Source: a virus (taxonomy: Duplodnaviria > Caudoviricetes). From it: DNA of 59,138 bases. Under the pieces are notes generated by a model that saw only the letters and a list, made by a program, of their open reading frames with translations, made no database searches and was not told the origin of the DNA. The DNA is taken from positions 1 through 59,138 of the IMG/VR virus record IMGVR_UViG_3300035228_000525; one strand, 5' to 3'. Positions 57,705-59,138 of this stretch are shown one piece after another (position 1 is the first letter of the stretch; each line of letters begins with the position of its first letter). Position numbers and translations under genes: made by a program.

Positions 57705-58877
57705 ATGTCAGAACTACTAGAAAGTCGCTGGCAAGAGACGAAAACAGCATTGATGGAAGGCCTTTCAGGAACTAAGAAATCTGTAATGGGTACTACCTTA
57801 GAAAATACTCGCAAGTATTTGTCTGAGACATCAGCCGCTGGTTCGACTACTGCCGGTAATGTCGCAACTCTAAATAGAGTTATCCTACCAGTTATCAGAC
57901 GTGTAATGCCAACAGTGATTGCAAATGAACTTGTTGGAGTACAACCGATGACAGGACCCGTGGGCCAAATCCACACATTAAGAGTACGTTACTCAGATAC
58001 CGCAGATGATGCCACAGCAGGCGAAGAGGCATTAAGCCCATTCAAAATTGCACTTGGTTATTCAGGTGATGAGGCTGGTTCAGATGCAGGTAGAGCAAAA
58101 GGAACAGCACTAGCTGAAGGTACAGCTGGTAACAAACTCAGTATTCAGATCTTGAAACAAACTGTTGAAGCGAAAACTCGTAAGTTGAGTGCTCGTTGGA
58201 CATTTGAATCAGCTCAGGATGCACAAGCACAGCACGGCATTGATGTCGAAGCTGAAATCATGGCAGCTCTTGCACAAGAGATTACTGCTGAAATCGACCA
58301 AGAAGTACTTGCTTCTTTACGTTCACTAAGTGGTACGGCCGTACAAACATACGACCAAGCTGGTGTATCAGGTACAGCAACATTTGTTGGTGACGAACAT
58401 GCCGCATTGGCAGTTCAAATCAACAGAGCCGCTAACTTGATCGCACAGAGAACAAGAAGAGGCGCTGGTAACTATTGTGTTGTTAGCCCATTTGCGTTAA
58501 CAATCCTACAGTCTGCTACAACAAGTGCATTTGCACGTACAACTGAAGGCACATTTGAAGCACCAACAAACACTAAGTTTGTAGGTACTTTAAACAACGC
58601 AATGAGAGTATATGTTGATACATATGCGGCTGATAACGCTATGGCGCTTGTTGGTTACAAAGGTTCAAGTGAATCAGATGCTCCAGCATTCTACTGCCCA
58701 TACATCCCGTTGATGTCAAGTGGTGTTGTAATGGATCCAGGTACATTTGAGCCAGTAGTGAGCTTTATGACTAGATACGGATATGTTGAGTTATCAAACA
58801 CAGCATCGTCTCTAGGTAATGCCGCTGACTACTTAGCAAATGTTGCTATTACTTCAGCGAACGTTAGCTTTAGCTAA
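57705..58877 (+). CDS. gp23: Major capsid protein
   Basis: VGVQPMTGPVGQI..VEAKTRKLSARW..HGIDVEAEI..EITAEIDQE..FYCPYIPL..FMTRYG. Confidence 0.96.
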   Translation: MSELLESRWQETKTALMEGLSGTKKSVMGTTLENTRKYLSETSAAGSTTAGNVATLNRVILPVIRRVMPTVIANELVGVQPMTGPVGQIHTLRVRYSDTADDATAGEEALSPFKIALGYSGDEAGSDAGRAKGTALAEGTAGNKLSIQILKQTVEAKTRKLSARWTFESAQDAQAQHGIDVEAEIMAALAQEITAEIDQEVLASLRSLSGTAVQTYDQAGVSGTATFVGDEHAALAVQINRAANLIAQRTRRGAGNYCVVSPFALTILQSATTSAFARTTEGTFEAPTNTKFVGTLNNAMRVYVDTYAADNAMALVGYKGSSESDAPAFYCPYIPLMSSGVVMDPGTFEPVVSFMTRYGYVELSNTASSLGNAADYLANVAITSANVSFS

Positions 58878-58893
58878 TATTGCTTTAACAATT

Positions 58894-58925
58894 AAAATAG
58901 GCTCCATTTAGGGGCCTATTTTTTT
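58894..58925 (+). terminator. Rho-independent terminator after the capsid gene
   Basis: AAAATAGGCTCC-ATTTA-GGGGCCTATTTT stem-loop followed by a T run. Confidence 0.88.
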
Positions 58926-58944
58926 GACTTTTTAAAACTGTCCT

Positions 58945-58952
58945 TATAAATA
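58945..58952 (+). promoter_or_regulatory. T4-type late promoter TATAAATA upstream of iscU
   Basis: Exact consensus between the terminator and ATG 58979. Confidence 0.6.
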
Positions 58953-58978
58953 AGTGTAGTATAACTACAGAGACTAAT

Positions 58979-59138
58979 ATGGCATACTCAGAAAAAGTAA
59001 TGGACCATTACGAAAACCCACGCAACGTTGGAACATTTGATCCCAAAAAAGATAACATAGGAACAGGAATGGTAGGAGCACCTGCCTGTGGTGATGTTAT
59101 GCGTCTACAGATAGAAGTAGAAGATGGAATCATTAAAG
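58979..59138 (+). CDS. iscU: Fe-S cluster scaffold IscU (partial; runs off the window end)
   Basis: Hand translation MAYSEKVMDHYENPRNVGTFDPKKDNIGTGMVGAPACGDVMRLQIEVEDGIIK matches the IscU N-terminus (DHYENPRNVG, GAPACGD). Confidence 0.93.
   Translation, partial: MAYSEKVMDHYENPRNVGTFDPKKDNIGTGMVGAPACGDVMRLQIEVEDGIIK

Noticed and set aside
58924-58965. Sigma70 promoter for iscU (TTGACT at 58924-58929)
   Set aside because: No good -10 hexamer at 16-18 nt spacing; the TATAAATA late box fits better.

Overview
An AT-rich 59-kb segment of a large T4-like (Tevenvirinae/Kyanoviridae-style, probably uncultured aquatic) myophage genome. The minus strand (1-40461) carries a baseplate and tail-fibre module: a gp48/54-like and a gp53-like gene, a gp27-like hub, a gp5-like spike with a GH19 domain, a TIGR02594/NlpC-P60-like hydrolase, gp25, gp6, a ~4930-codon FG-GAP/CBM virion protein interrupted by one in-frame TAG, and three paralogous fibre proteins. 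After it comes a sigma70-driven accessory operon of three glycosyltransferase-like genes and at least three N-terminal twitch/SPASM radical SAM genes. The plus strand (40549-end) carries gp55-gp47-gp46, a small GIY-YIG-like nuclease followed by a ~370-nt densely base-paired non-coding element, two probable internal head proteins, a tape-measure-like gene, portal, a Maf/DUF115-like gene, scaffold/protease/major capsid genes, a terminator and the start of iscU. A gp26-like gene lies inverted within this block and has a T-TTT-TTC slippery site leading into a start-less gp51-like frame. The most notable signals are the candidate large ncRNA beside the nuclease, the probable programmed -1 frameshift, the amber-split giant protein, and the glycosyltransferase/radical SAM/IscU modification set. 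Product calls come from motif recognition and synteny only; no database search was run. No tRNA, rRNA, CRISPR array or integrase was seen.
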